From NCBI RefSeq assembly GCF_009914755.1, contig NC_060927.1: DNA of 64,000 nucleotides; one strand, 5' to 3'. Position numbers and translations under genes: made by a program. The notes beneath the pieces were generated by a model. The model was given only the letters and a program-made list of their open reading frames with translations, was not told the DNA's origin and ran no database searches. This DNA comes from the human T2T-CHM13v2.0 reference genome, Homo sapiens. Numbering within the stretch: the first letter of the stretch is position 1; every line of letters starts with the position of its first letter. This document shows, piece by piece, positions 27,431 to 40,259 of this stretch.

Positions 27431-28399
27431 AATAATTGAAAAATTTAAAAAGTGGCCAAGGACATGAATAAATGTTTTTTCAAAAGAAGACATACAAATG
27501 GCAAAAACATATATTTTTAAATGCTCAACTTCACAAATCATCATCCCCCGTCAGATGAATAATTTGCAAGTAGTTGCAAATTAAAACCACAATGAGATAA
27601 TCACCTTACCCAGTCAGAATTGCTATTATTAAATAGACAGCAAATAACAGTTGTTGGGAAGTATTTGAAGTAAAGGGAATTCTTATATACTCTTGGTGGG
27701 AATTTAAATTAGTACAACCTACATGGAGAACCATAGGGAGATTTCTCAATCTGTTAAAGGAATCTACCCAAAGGAAAGGAAATCAATTTATCAAAGAGAT
27801 ACCTGCACTTGTATGTTTATTGCAGCACTATTCACAATAGCAAAGATATGGAATCAACCTAAATGTCCATGAATGGATGGATGAATAAAGAAAGTCTGGT
27901 ATATATACACAATCGAACACTATTAAGCCAAAAAAATGAAATTATGTCTTTTACAGCAACATGAATGGAACTGCAGGTCATTATCTTAAGTGAAACAAGC
28001 CAAACACAGAAAGTCAAATATTATATACTCTCATGCATATGTGAGTGCTAAAATATATGTACACATGAATATAGAGAGTGGAATGATAGATAATGGAGAC
28101 CCAATAGGGTGGGAGGATGACAGGGGGAGGATGATGAGAAATTACTTAATGGGTGCAATATATAGTATTCAGGTGATGGATATATTAAATCTCTGACTTG
28201 ACCACTATGTATAATCAATGCACGTAAAAAAAACTGCACTTGTACCCCATAAATTTATACAAATAATTTTTAAAAAGTATAGATTCAAGGTCATAAATGT
28301 GGCAGTTACCAAGCTGGCATTTGGTTGGATTCCTATGACGCACTCCTCTGTTTCACAACTGCCTTTGGGACAGAAATGTCAATGAGGGCTCCAAGACAG

Positions 28400-28566
28400 G
28401 AGTGTGAAAATTCTTAAGCTTTACTGAGAATAATCTTTAGCATTTGTTACACATATTAATCCCAGGTCCTCACCCCAGATCTTTTGATTCAGAAGCTCTG
28501 AGAGTGGTGGGTGATGAACAAGCTTTACAGGTGATTCAGACGCATACCAATGCTGAACTGCACTGC
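28400..28566. mobile_element. MER5-family MITE
   Basis: CCCAGGTCCTCACCCCAGA..TGATTCAG..CAGGTGATTCAGACGCA..CACTG. Confidence 0.6.
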
Positions 28567-29055
28567 AGTGGTGATTTTGGAGCTCTAGGCACAGTATGGC
28601 ATGCACACTGGCTCATTGGTGGTGAGATATCCTAAGCCCAGTATTTGTGGAGAGCTGATCCCCATACGTCCAGATTCACCTGACTGCCTGCTCACACTGC
28701 TCAGTAGGCATATCTTGAGCTCATATCTTCTCACGCCTACTCTGTTTTTCTGGTGATCTGTCTGTTTTCTGCCCTCTGTGTGAACCACTGATGTCCCAAA
28801 TCAGTAGTTTGGGACACATGTGTCAAATGCTCTACAAAAATACCTGTTCAATGAATAAAAGGAACTAAAGCCTAAAGTGATTTAGTTAAAAATAGTAAAG
28901 GGTCAAGAAAATTTGGATTAATACTTATTTATTTGCCAAATAATTTTCATTTTCAATAGCCACACAGAAGCTGCTTTTTTCACTAGATGTGGGATTATAA
29001 TCAATCCCAACACCCTCTGCCTTCACTGCATTTAATATATATTAGAAACAGTGGG

Positions 29056-29903
29056 TGTGGTAGACTGAATAATCGCCCCCACCAAAGCTGTCACCCTAGT
29101 CTGTTCAGACTGCCATAACAAAATACCATGGAATCGGTACCTTATAGACAACAGAAATTTATTTCTAACAGTGCTGGAGACTGGCAAGTTTCAAGTCAAG
29201 GTGCCTGCAGATTCAGTGACTGGTGAGGGCTCGCTTCCTGGTTTTTAGATGCCTGTCTTTTCACTGTGTCCTCACGTGGCAGAAAGGCAAAGGTGCTCTC
29301 TGGGATCACTTTTATAAGGGCACTAACCCCATGTATGAGGGATCCACCCTCATGACCCAATCATCTTCCAAAAACCCCGCTCCCTAATACCATCACATTG
29401 GAGATCAGATTTCAACACAAACATTCTGTCTATAGCAGACATCCATGTTCTAATCTTTGGAACTTGTGAATATGTTACCTTACATTATCAAAAAGACTGT
29501 AGATGTGACTAAGTTAAGAGTCTTGAGAAGGAGAATTTTGCCTGGATTATCCAGGTTGGCCCAGTGTAGTCACAGGGATCCTTTCAAAAGGGAGGCAGGA
29601 GGATCAGAGTCAGAGAGAGAAGATGTAAGGATGGAAGCAGAGATCAGAGAAGAGAGAAAAGCTATGCCACTGGCTTTCAGTCTAGAAGAAGGACCCTTTA
29701 ACTGAGGAATACAGAGTGCTGCTAGATATTAGGAAAAGCAAAGAAAGGAATTCTCCCTTATGGCCTCCATAAGGAACACAAGCCTGCTGACATCTTGTCT
29801 GTAGATCATTGGTACCCACCCAGAACAGTAAGATAATAAATTTACATTGTTTTTAAGCCAAATTCATAATAGTTTGTTATAGCAGCAATTGAAAATTAAT
29901 AGT
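29056..29903 (+). mobile_element. MLT1C/D LTR split by an MLT1A0 insertion
   Basis: TGTGGTAGACTGAATAATCGCCCCC | GGAACTTGTGAATATGTTACCTTAC..TTGTTATAGCAGCAATTGAAAATTAATA. Confidence 0.8.
29093..29437 (-). mobile_element. MLT1A0-like LTR
   Basis: CTGCCATAACAAAATACCA..TTTTATAAGGGCACTAACCCCA..AACATTCTGTCTATAGCA. Confidence 0.8.
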
Positions 29904-30509
29904 GTGGGGTTTTAAATTATCTTTCTCATGACATAGCTTAAAATTCTCTGAGCAAACAGGAACCTTTGGGAGACCCAAGGGAGAATAATTTGCAAGGAGT
30001 CTGAGACACATTGACACTGATTTTTCTTATTTCTTGAAAGCAGATGGGATTAACCAACTATGACTTTGATTCTTAACAAATGCCAAAGTCTCTGGGCCCA
30101 TTCCAGGAGATGAGCTGTATTTTGCAATCAAGCAGGAGAATCTACAAGTCTCCTGTAAAACTCACTTGTGTTAAAAAGCATGCTTGCTTGCTTCTGGGAT
30201 ATGTATAGATTTCTGTTTAGAGGAAAGCGTATCCATCTGCATTCGAAAGAAGATAGAAAGAAGCATGGCTCCTTAGTTTCTGCCCTACATGAGACAATGA
30301 AAGGGCTAAATAACCCATAAGAATTCCTGGGTATTCATAAAGGGATACTTTTTAGACTGTAGGCAATGCCTTTTGCTGTCTCATTCACTGTTCTGTCTCT
30401 TGCCCTTTCCTTCTCTCCTGCTCATCTACCCCAATAAGGTTTTCCTGCACCAATTCTGAAGCTTTGGGAGACTTTAGATGATTTTTACCATCAGGAAAAG
30501 GATGGAAAC

Positions 30510-31040
30510 TTTGAGGTGAAGTGCCACATTGCGTCTGTCGTCTTTCAGCCCTACACTTCCCCTTTTATGCCGTTTTCTCACCAGCAGGGCAGAAAGCCTG
30601 CAAGCTACATTTGTCAGACCTACTTTCCACCTAGCTTCCTGTCAGATGCTACCAATGGGAGGCTCTGGCAGGAGTTTGGAAGGTGAAAGTAAGGAAGAAA
30701 TATTTTTTCCTGTAGACACAGTTGTGCTTCTTACAGACGATGCAGTAACAAATGAGGCAAGAGTCTCAGCAGCAACAGCAGTGGTAGCCATGGACAAATG
30801 TGGCTTCTGGATTTCTGCCAACTTTGTTCTAACAACACCACATTGTGTACTCTGAGCAACACCTTTTTCTCTTTGCTCTTTTGAACCTAGAGGTGTTATC
30901 TGTTTCCTGCAGCTACTGATCTTTGAAAAATCTTACCTTCCCCTTTTTCTCCTCTGGCTCTTCTAACACCTTTACAACCAACTGCCTATTTAAAAACCTA
31001 GAGTAGCTTCTGTTTCCTGATCAGATGCAGACTGCTAAGA
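30510..31040 (+). mobile_element. LTR33-like ERVL LTR
   Basis: CCAATGGGAGGCTCTGGCAGGAG..ACCTAGAGTAGCTTCTGTTTCCTGA. Confidence 0.55.
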
Positions 31041-31243
31041 TTGCATCTTTCGCCTACTTTAACAAGGGACAAAAGGCAAGTGAAACCCTTTTCCCATCTT
31101 TACTACCTGGGTTTTGGGAACTGCCATTTCATTAGGATCAACGGAATCAGAGCAGGGCCTTCCCAGAAAGGGGAGGTGGCTTGAGTTTGGCAGACCCGTG
31201 GCAAACTGGATTGGAAGCCAATGTTCTTCCTTAGATACTCATG

Positions 31244-31675
31244 GTCTAGGTTAGTTTCTCTGGACATACTCCCTGAGATGAGGATTCAGGAGTTAGTGAC
31301 TTATTACCAGTGTGCTATTAAGAGAGGCCTTTAAAAGAATGAGGTAAGCCAGGCAGGATGAAGCCAAGCAGGGGAGAGATGCAGGTAAGGTCTCACAGAG
31401 GGTAGCTCCAGGCTGATCCCCAGGGGAGCTTTGGAGTATAAGCTATGCCTTAGAGCTTTCCTGATCACATGGTCAGTCATTGTCTACAAGCTGCCTTAAG
31501 GACACATAAACTTCCAGGCAATTTTGACTGGTTCCAGTAGTCTGAGAACAGGCCTCTGAAAAAGAGTCCCAGGTACAGGTCTTTGGAAACAGAAATACAC
31601 TGAAGCTGGGAAGAACTGCACAGAAAAGGTAAAAGGAACCCAAGGGCTTCTGGCCAGGGCACTGACAAGGTCTTC
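31244..31675 (-). mobile_element. LTR16-like ERVL LTR
   Basis: GTCTAGGTTAGTTTCTCTGG..CCTGAGATGAGGATTCAGG..GACTTATT. Confidence 0.55.
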
Positions 31676-32156
31676 TATATCCCTGTTTCTCACCACAGTG
31701 AAGTCACATTAATTCAAAGCTCACTCTCTCTTACTTCATTCATTCAAGATGAACCACTACTCTCAGGCACAGTGCCCTGGGGGTAGAGTGGTGAGCCCAA
31801 TGTATGGTTACCAGCCTCTCATATCTGGCAACAAGGCAGAGAATGCAGACCACTGAATAGAGTATTATACTATTATGGGAAAAGCTCTGCAGTGGGGGGT
31901 GCAGGGCAGTCCACAATGCCTCAGGAACATCTAGCTGAAGCATCTTAATCAGCTGGAGTTTGTCCTGGCAGTTTCTACAGGCAGAAGGAAACTTCCAAGA
32001 AGACGAATATTATAAACTGTTTTAGTAGGGAGGATCTCACAACTCTAGACCTGCCCAAGTACTAGGGCTGAGACTTATTTTCCTACATGGTTCCTCTAAG
32101 TATCACGGAGCCCAGCTTCCGTTTTGAGCATCGTATTAATAGAATAGTATAACAAT

Positions 32157-33036
32157 TGCAGTTTTAGTCAGGGAAGCAGAGCCACTGGGATGTTACAAGG
32201 AAATGCTATGGTTTGAATGTCCGCACAAACTCATGTTGAAACTTAATTGCCAATGTAGTGGTGTTGGGAGGTGGGACCTTTAAGAGGTGATTAAGTCATA
32301 AGGGCCCCACTCTCATGGATGGATTAATGCTGTTATTGTGGGAGTGGGTTAGTTATCACAGATGTTTAGCTCCTCCTTTCCTCTCTGTCTCATGGGCTCC
32401 CTTCCACTTTCTACCTTTCAGCCATGGGATAATACAGCAAGAAGGCCTACACCAGAAGCCAACATCACACTTTTGGACTTCTCAGCCCCAGAACTGTGAG
32501 CCAAAATAAATAACTTTTCTTTATAAATTACCCAGTCTGTGGTACTCTGTTAGGGGAGCAGAAAACAGACTAAGACAGAAATGTATTAGAGGAATTAGAC
32601 CTCACAACTGTGGAAGTTGCTGGAAGAGAAAGTCCCAGAAAGAGTTGGAGGGTCAGAGAAAAAGTTACCAACCAGCCTTCTTGAAGCACTGACACCAATA
32701 GCCAAGTTAGAGTTTGCAGAGGGGTCTCCAGCCACTGAAGCAGATCTTGGGAGGGGAGCTCGTAGAGAAGCCTATGAGCAGCTCTTCCCCTGTGGAGCTA
32801 CCACATTGTGGGTCCACTGCCAGGCATCTGGAAGTGGACCTGGAGCCAGAAATGAATCTGTTGGTCAGAAGAACCAGCAGGTGGGAAGATGAGCTATGGT
32901 CACTGCTTCACTTCTGCCTCCCAAGCTTTATACAAGTTCTTCTTTTGGCCAACTCTATCCTAGAACCATAGAGGGAAGGGGATTCTGGGAAACTAATTCC
33001 CAGCTTAAACAATTTGATAATACAACAATCCAGCAC
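32157..33036 (-). mobile_element. LTR41-like ERVL LTR split by an MST
   Basis: CAGGGAAGCAGAGCCACT | GAGGAATTAGACCTCAC..GGGATTCTGGGAAA..ATCCAGCACA. Confidence 0.6.
32204..32577 (+). mobile_element. MSTD-like MaLR LTR
   Basis: TGCTATGGTTTGAATGTCC..AACTCATGTTGAAACTTAATTGCCAATG..CAGACTAAGACA; GAAA on both flanks. Confidence 0.85.
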
Positions 33037-33434
33037 ATTTTGTTCTGGCTTTTAAATAAATCTCTGCAAAGTCCATGGTTAGAAGTGGGCCTCCTTTTGC
33101 CAGAAAATCCACAGCCACTGACGATGAAAGGCCCACGAGCACCAGGAAAAACTGTTGACACAGCTCCTCTGTGTGGGCCTCCACGATGTGTTTAATCAAA
33201 TGTCAGCAGACAGTCTGTAGGTGGAGGATAAATATCCATGCACAGACTGGCTCTGGCCCTGGAAGGTGCTAGGCTGACTCCACACCTCTCCACATCACCA
33301 CCCTGTTCCTGTCCTCTCATCTTAGCACCCTTATCCCCAGCTTCCTTGATCCTTTGATGTCAATTCTCAAGTGTTTATTTGGAAAACGAAAAATACTTCT
33401 CACTGGTGATTTTTATTTTCTTTGCATATAGATG

Positions 33435-33655
33435 TAGAGGCAGTGTGGTATTGCAGTTAAGAGCATGGTCTCCTAAAGTCACATTTTCTGTATTCAAGTC
33501 TTAGGCTCACCACTTATCAGCTGTGTGACCTTGTCCAAGTTATGCCTCAATTTTCTCATTTGCGTTAATAAAACAGGGATAGTGTTAGTACCTATCTCAT
33601 ACAGTTGTCGAGAGGATTAAAGGAATTGATATGTGTCAAGCACTTAGAAATGAGC
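33435..33655 (+). mobile_element. MIR
   Basis: CACTTATCAGCTGTGTGACCTTGTCCAAGTTA..GTACCTATCTCATACAGTTGTCGAGAGGATTAAA. Confidence 0.85.
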
Positions 33656-33759
33656 CTCTTTAGGTACTTTCATTTTCCTCATTTTCCATGACTAGCTAGG
33701 GGAAGGGATCAGAAATCAGAGAAAAGAAAAGAACAAAGGTTAAATCTGTCTTTATAACC

Positions 33760-33977
33760 TAGAACTGGTCTAATAAGGTAACCATGTACCTATTTACATA
33801 TCTAGACACATATACCTATTTACATATCTAAATTTAGATTAGTTAGAATCAAATAAAATTAAATATTTGGTTACTCAGTCACATTAGCCACATGTGGCTA
33901 GTGGCTACCATATCGGAGAGCTCAGATAAAGATTTCCAATATCACACAGAAAACTTTATTATACAATGTTGGTCTAG
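33760..33977. mobile_element. MER3-like hAT-Charlie MITE
   Basis: CTCAGTCACATTAGCCACATGTGGCTAGTGGCTACCATAT. Confidence 0.8.
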
Positions 33978-34726
33978 ATTTTCAAGAGGACTGTTTAACC
34001 TGCTGACTATCCAAGCTGTTTTTGAAGACTTGAATTAATGTATATGAATAACATATTAATTAAACTTCAATGATTGGAAATAATGTTTATTTAATGATTA
34101 TATATTTTTCTTATCTATTCTACTAAGGCATTACCCAGTAGGATTTATTGATGCTTTGGAACAAATTACCATTAGTCAAGTGAAGGAAACAATAAAAATG
34201 CACAATGATATTTTCAAAACATTCTTATTATTGTCACAATTTCAGAATGGCCTTCCCCAAGCTTGTGAGATTTTATCATGCATGGACTCTACTCTTGTAA
34301 GGTAGAAGTCTTTAGAGACATTTTCTAATGAAGAAGAGTGATTATAGAAAAGCTAAAACCAACTGTGAGATATCTCAATTCCTCTCATTTCTATTAATAG
34401 CTGGTGAATTTTACCAACAACTATTTGCTCATGTAATGGAAGCAGAGAGCCATAAGAAAAGTTTATAAGCATTGGGTTGCATATGAAGATCTCAGCAAGA
34501 ATATAAATGTATCCTCCCAGTGACATATAAATAACCCAGAGTTCTCTCATGCTCAGTCTCAAGAAAATAACTGGCACACTCTAGTGATCTGATATGACAA
34601 ATCATTGTGGTCAGAATTGTTGCTCCAAAAACACTTGTATGCATTGCTGGTGGGAATGCATATTTGGTACAACTTCTTTGGAGGACAATTTGGAAATATG
34701 TGTCAACACTTTTAAATACTTACATC

Positions 34727-35775
34727 CAGTGATGTGCTGTTGTGTTTGTTGTATAATAAATAATCTGACTGGTCTTTGGCCCAGGTTCCTGGGACAAAGC
34801 CTCTAAGCCCTTGGAATTTTCTGAATGATAAATAGGAGTGTCTTTTTTATTCATGCTGAGCTCCTGGGACCACAGCTGAGTTTATGCTAATAAGGTGACT
34901 CAAGGTGGGCTCCTACATTTCAGGAGGAAATGTAGGAGCCCTCCTATGTTTTATGATAGGGGTTGGCCATGCCAGAAAAAACAATCATATGATTAAAGGG
35001 TTGGGCTTCAGGACACATGAGATTCGTTTATAATCTCCTGACCCCCAAGGAAGGGATGAGGAGGGGGGATAGAGATTAAGTACAATCGCATGGTAAATGA
35101 CTTAATCAATCCTGCCTACATAATGAAACCCAAATTATAACTCTGGACACCTGAAGCTCTGGTGAGCTTCCTGATTGGTGAATACATTGATGTGCCAAAA
35201 GGGTGATGCATCTTGAAGCCACAGGGTGAGGACACAGAAGCTTCATATCTGGGACCCTCCCAGGCCTCACCTATGGGGTATCTTCATTGGCTGGTCCTAA
35301 TTCTTGTCCTTCATAATAAAACTACAGTTATAAATGCAGCTTTCCTGAGTTCTAAGAATCATTCTAACGAATGAATTATCAAATCTGAGGGGGCTGTGGG
35401 AACTCCCAAATTTGTAGCAATTTGTCAAAAATGTGGGTTACCTATTGATTCCTGAACTTGTGGCTGGCGTCTGCAGTGAGGTAAGTCTTGTTAGGGACTG
35501 TTCCCTTAACCTGTGGAGTGGGCTAACTCTGGGTAGTTAGCATCAGAATTGAATTACAGCATTACAATGTTTGACAACCAGCTCTCCAGGAGGGAGGGGG
35601 GAAGCCCTAAGCCCTAGTTTGTGGTGTTTGCATATTTTCATGTTATGAATGCTCCCACTATGGCCAATAGCAAGTTACCAATGTGATGTCATTGATCATG
35701 GAGTTGGGAAGAGATGCAGAGAAATCAGCTGCTTGTAAGCCTGCGTGAGTTAACTGTAGCATACACACACCATTG
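34727..35775 (+). mobile_element. Short MER63-like hAT-Blackjack element split by MER21, lying within an L1ME fragment (~34590-36260)
   Basis: CAGTGATGTGC | AATGTTTGACAACCAGCTCTCC..GAGTTGGGAAGAGATGC..CACACCATTG. Confidence 0.65.
34738..35559 (+). mobile_element. MER21-family (ERVL) solo LTR
   Basis: GGTCTTTGGCCCAGGTTCCTGG..CTGATTGGTGAATACATTGATGTGCC..CTAACTCTGGGTAGTTAGCATCAGAATTGAATT. Confidence 0.8.
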
Positions 35776-38694
35776 CTTATACCTTTTGACCAAGCAACAC
35801 CACTTAACAAAATTCATCCAACAAATATGCTGGCACAATTTGCCCTTCGTAAATGTATACAAAGATGTTCATTGCAGCATTGTTTGTATTCATAAAAGAT
35901 TAAAAACCAGCTACAGACGCATCAGTAAGCTTAAGCAAATCACAGTGCATCAATAAAATGAAGTGCTATGCAGGCTTTAGAAAGAATGAGGCAAATCTAC
36001 ACCAATATGGAATAATGTGCAAGATATATCATCAAGCAAAAAAAATGGAAAGTGCAGAATAGTCTGTAGTCTGTCACCAGTTGGTATAACATGAAGTGGG
36101 ACATGTATTACAAATACAGTCTATCTTGGGAAGGAAGACACAAAAACCTAGTAACAGAGGTAGTTTCTGGGAAGGAGGATTAGGAGATTTGAGTGAGAGG
36201 AGCACTGCTTTTTGCATATGCCTTTTTGTGCTGTTTGAATTTCTATGATGTCTATTTAAATAAAGTGATAGGCAATAATGGAGAGAAAGCAGGATAATGG
36301 GAATGAATGACTGAGTACACAAGTGAATGAGTAAGCCCTTTAAACAAAATGGCCATTAGCTCTTTCATCATAGTTAATGCATCTTCCATCAACCTCTGTA
36401 CACACCTCTGTTCTTACATCTGCTTGAGGGAAAGGATGACAGAGTTCAAAGAGAAACTACAGTGCACTTTCTCTAACAGTGAAGTCAAACACTGAAAGGC
36501 CCATAAGAACCAAGGAGGCACCATGAATGCATGAAGTTGTCCATGTGGGGACTGTGCTGAACTGAAGGGCTCCTGCCACCAGTTGAAGGGACTCAGCTAC
36601 AGCGGCCCTTGTTCTGCAGAAATGTAGGCTCAGTGTTGCCAGATCTTTTGATTTTTCAAAAAAATTCAGAATTCCAAATTAGTATGTGAAATCTCTTCAC
36701 CTTTTTGAAGTAAGCAACTAATACAAATCTTTCAATGAAATAATGTGGACCAAAGAAAACCCATTATAGCTTTATATTTTTAGACAAGACAGTATTTCTG
36801 CCCATGAAATACAAGACCTTGCTTTAAGCTGAGTTTAGATGAGTGGTAAGCATTTGGATTTAGTGTTCTAAGGAAAGGGATTTTATAATTTTTCCCCAAG
36901 TCCAAGGCAATGAAATAAAATGATGGTATTTATAAGGTCAACTAAGCCTGAAACCTGTTCCTTAAAAGCTATGAAAAGCCTGTCAGGCCTATATAAAAGT
37001 GAGGGCCGGGGGTGCGCAGAAAAGAGCTACAAAGCGGTAGCAAGGCAACAGGAAGGGAGCCAGAGAAGGGAGCCTGGCAGGGGCAAGAGGATCACAGTAC
37101 TGATTTGACCTGGGAGGGTGGGAAAGAAGCCAAAGATGTGAAGTCCAATCATTATACTGGTGATTTTTTTCAATGGGTTTTCTTGTTTATTGACCTGCCT
37201 TTCTGAATCCCCTGTGTTTCCATTCTAATTTGATTAGAATTGTCCAAATCCATCAATATCAGTATTGTGACTAATTTATCTCTACTGACTTAGATTCTCC
37301 CAGCAACTGTTGGCTGAAAGTGTGCTGATTTCTTATCGCTCTAGCTTCTTTAGAATCTTGGCTGTAAGCATGTCCATGCTTCTATGGAAGTGCAAGCCCG
37401 TAAGTGTTAAGCAAGCCCAGATAGAGGCAAATTAATGATGGAGTCTGTGTTACTGTAGAGGGGGAGAAAGAAGTGGCATTAATTACAATGACGGGCATGG
37501 TGGTAGCTACCCTCCCAAGCATTTATTATGGGCAAAGGTGCTTTATGAGGGAGACAATCTGAAGTCTCACCTCACTACTACATCTAGATCCAAGCCCAGA
37601 ATCTCTGAGCAATGTATATTTCTCTGAGTCAGGCCCATGCGTAAACTTCTCAGAGTCTACCAACATATGGCTACATAAATTTAAATATTTCCAATACACC
37701 ATATTCAACAGAATAATGGTAGAAAGAAAATAAGCTAGCTACAGTAGACTCCTTTTTGGACAAAAGCAAATAAGGAGAACAATTCAGAACAATTAGTCCT
37801 TAATATAGGCTATATCCAGTCAGAGAAGACTGGCAGGAATTCCCGTCCTTGGCAATGAAGGGATATTCTTGGTCAGCCAATCTGGCTTCCCCTGGTTCTG
37901 CTAAGAAAAAGGACTTCACATAGGAAGGTTATGTCTTGTTTTCTCTTATAAGAGCCAGCTTGGACTAAACACTTCCCTTTCTTTCAGGACTTTACCAAAG
38001 GGTACAAGAATGAGCTAACACACTCCAAGACTGTGACATTTTTCTACGTGAGTCAAGGCTGAACTTCCATGTTATTGTCTCCTGTATACAGAGCAGGAAG
38101 CTAAGACTCAAAGAGATTAAATAGCAATTCCGATCAGTAAAAAGCAGAGCACAGACATGAATGAGTTTATCCTATTTCAAAATTATTATTCTTTTTTAAA
38201 TTTCATCTTTATAACTTTTTTATTTCTAACTACAGAAGTAAGTACATAAGCATGACGGAAAAATTGGAATATACAGAAATGTATTTTATATTTCTTTTCA
38301 GTCTCTCTTTCAGAACACACAAAAACACATGTAGTATTTCATCAGGATCGGTCATAACATGTTCTTTCCACTTCTCTACAAAGGTACAGAATTCTCACCC
38401 TCAAGCAGGAAGAACAGCCCCAAGAATTCCAGGTTGCCAACAGTTTATTAATCAAGTGAAAGCAAACTCAAAATTTTCTCAAGTGAGCTTATATTTCACT
38501 GTGTTAATTTTCAGATAGCCCATTATAATTTAATAATACACACACAAGATTAATTGAAATTTAAAAATATTTCTGTTTTGTACCTGATTTCAGAAATGGT
38601 ACTAGGGTATAATGAATGTAAAGTCTAACTAAAGAACGAACAATCCCAGCCACCAAAAAGACAATCAATAGAAATAAAATAAAGTCCAATATCC

Positions 38695-40195
38695 AATATT
38701 CATCCATTCATTTATCATTCAACAAGTAATTTTGAGTACCTGTCATGGGCCAGACTTTGTTTTGGGGCCCAAGGATAAAACTGTAAACAAATAGACAAAT
38801 TCCCTGCCTTCAGAGAGCTTACACTCCACTAAGGAGAAACTGACAATAAATAAATTGAGAAAATATCAGGTTGTAATAAGTACTGTGGAGAAAAATAAAT
38901 CAGGATAAAAGGATGGAAAGTGCTGAGGAAGGAAGTTGCTTTTTTATGCTATGTATTACCTCAGAATGCCGTAACAAAATATCACAGACTGGTTAGCATA
39001 AACAACAGACATGTATTTTCTCCCCATTCTGGAGGCTAGAAGGCCAAGATCAGGGTTCCAGCCGATTCCATTTCTGATGAGGGCTCTCTTCTGACTGGCT
39101 GATGGCCAAGTTCTTTCTATAGCTTCACAAGGCCTTTTTTCAGTATTTGCTGGAGGAGGGAGAGAGAGTGAGCTCTCTGGATTCTTTTCTTATAAGAACA
39201 CTAAGCCATCGATAAAGGCCCCACCCTTCTGATCTCATTTAACCTTAATTAGTTCCCTATTCCAAATACAGTCACACTGGGTGTTAGGGTTTCAATATTT
39301 GAATTTTGGAGGGGTACATGCCTTCAGTCCATAACATACAGGTTATTCAGAGAAGACGTCCCTGATAAGATGTGGTAGCTAACTTTCAGGATGACCCTCA
39401 GTGGGCCTCATCTTCTGGTGTTCACACCCTTGGATAGTCTCTTCCCAAATAAATTAGGAATTGGGACTGGTCTCAATGTGATAGAGTCAAGGGCTGGTCT
39501 CAGTGCAACAGAGTAGAGCAGAGATTAAGATATTTCACCTCTGAGGCTGGGTCATAAAAGGCACCAAAGCTTCCACTCTGTTTTTTTGGATCACTCTCTC
39601 TGGGACAAGCCAGCCTCCATGGCATAAGGACACTCAAACACCCTTGGGAGAAGACCATGCGGGAAGGAAGTCAGACTTCCCACCAAGAGTACTAATTTGT
39701 CAAACATGTGAATGAGCAAGCTTGCAAGTGGAACCTCCAGCCCCAGTAAAACCTTCGGATATCTGACTGCAGCTCCAGTTGAAGTTTGAACTCCAACCTC
39801 ACTGGAAGCCCTTAACCAGAACCACTCTGCTGAACTGATTCCAAATTCTTGGCCCCAGAAAAGGTGAGATAATAAGTATTTGTTGTTATTTTAAGCCACT
39901 AAATTTTGGAGCAATTTGTTATGCAGCAAGAGAGAAGTAATGCATAAAGTGACATTGAGAGACCCAAAGGAAATAAGCAAGTAAACTCTGCATGTATCTG
40001 GGAATGAAGACTTTCAGGTAGAAGGAAAGTGTTAAGGCCACACAATTCGAGCACATGTGGCATGTTGAAAGAACAGCAAAGAACACGGTGAGCCAGAAAC
40101 AGAATGAGCCAGGACAAGAAACATAGGAGACTGGTCAGAGAGGAGGTAAAAGGTCAGAGCACACAGAGTCTCAGGTGTCTGCAACCCAACCACAA
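38695..40195 (-). mobile_element. L2 (3' part) interrupted by an MLT1A/B-like LTR (~38952-39337, -) and an MLT1E/F-like LTR (~39371-39944, +)
   Basis: TCATTCAACAAGTAATTTTGAGTACC; CCCTGCCTTCAGAGAGCTTACA; MaLR termini TGTATTA..TCCATAACA and TGTGGTAG..TTGTTATGCAGCAA. Confidence 0.75.
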
Positions 40196-40259
40196 TGATG
40201 TATGAAGAAACATTCACTTGGGAACAGCATCTTGTTTGTTTAGATGAAATATTCTGATG

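Noticed and set aside
33883-33902. Palindrome TAGCCACATGTGGCTA
   Set aside because: Intrinsic to the MER3/MER33 consensus.
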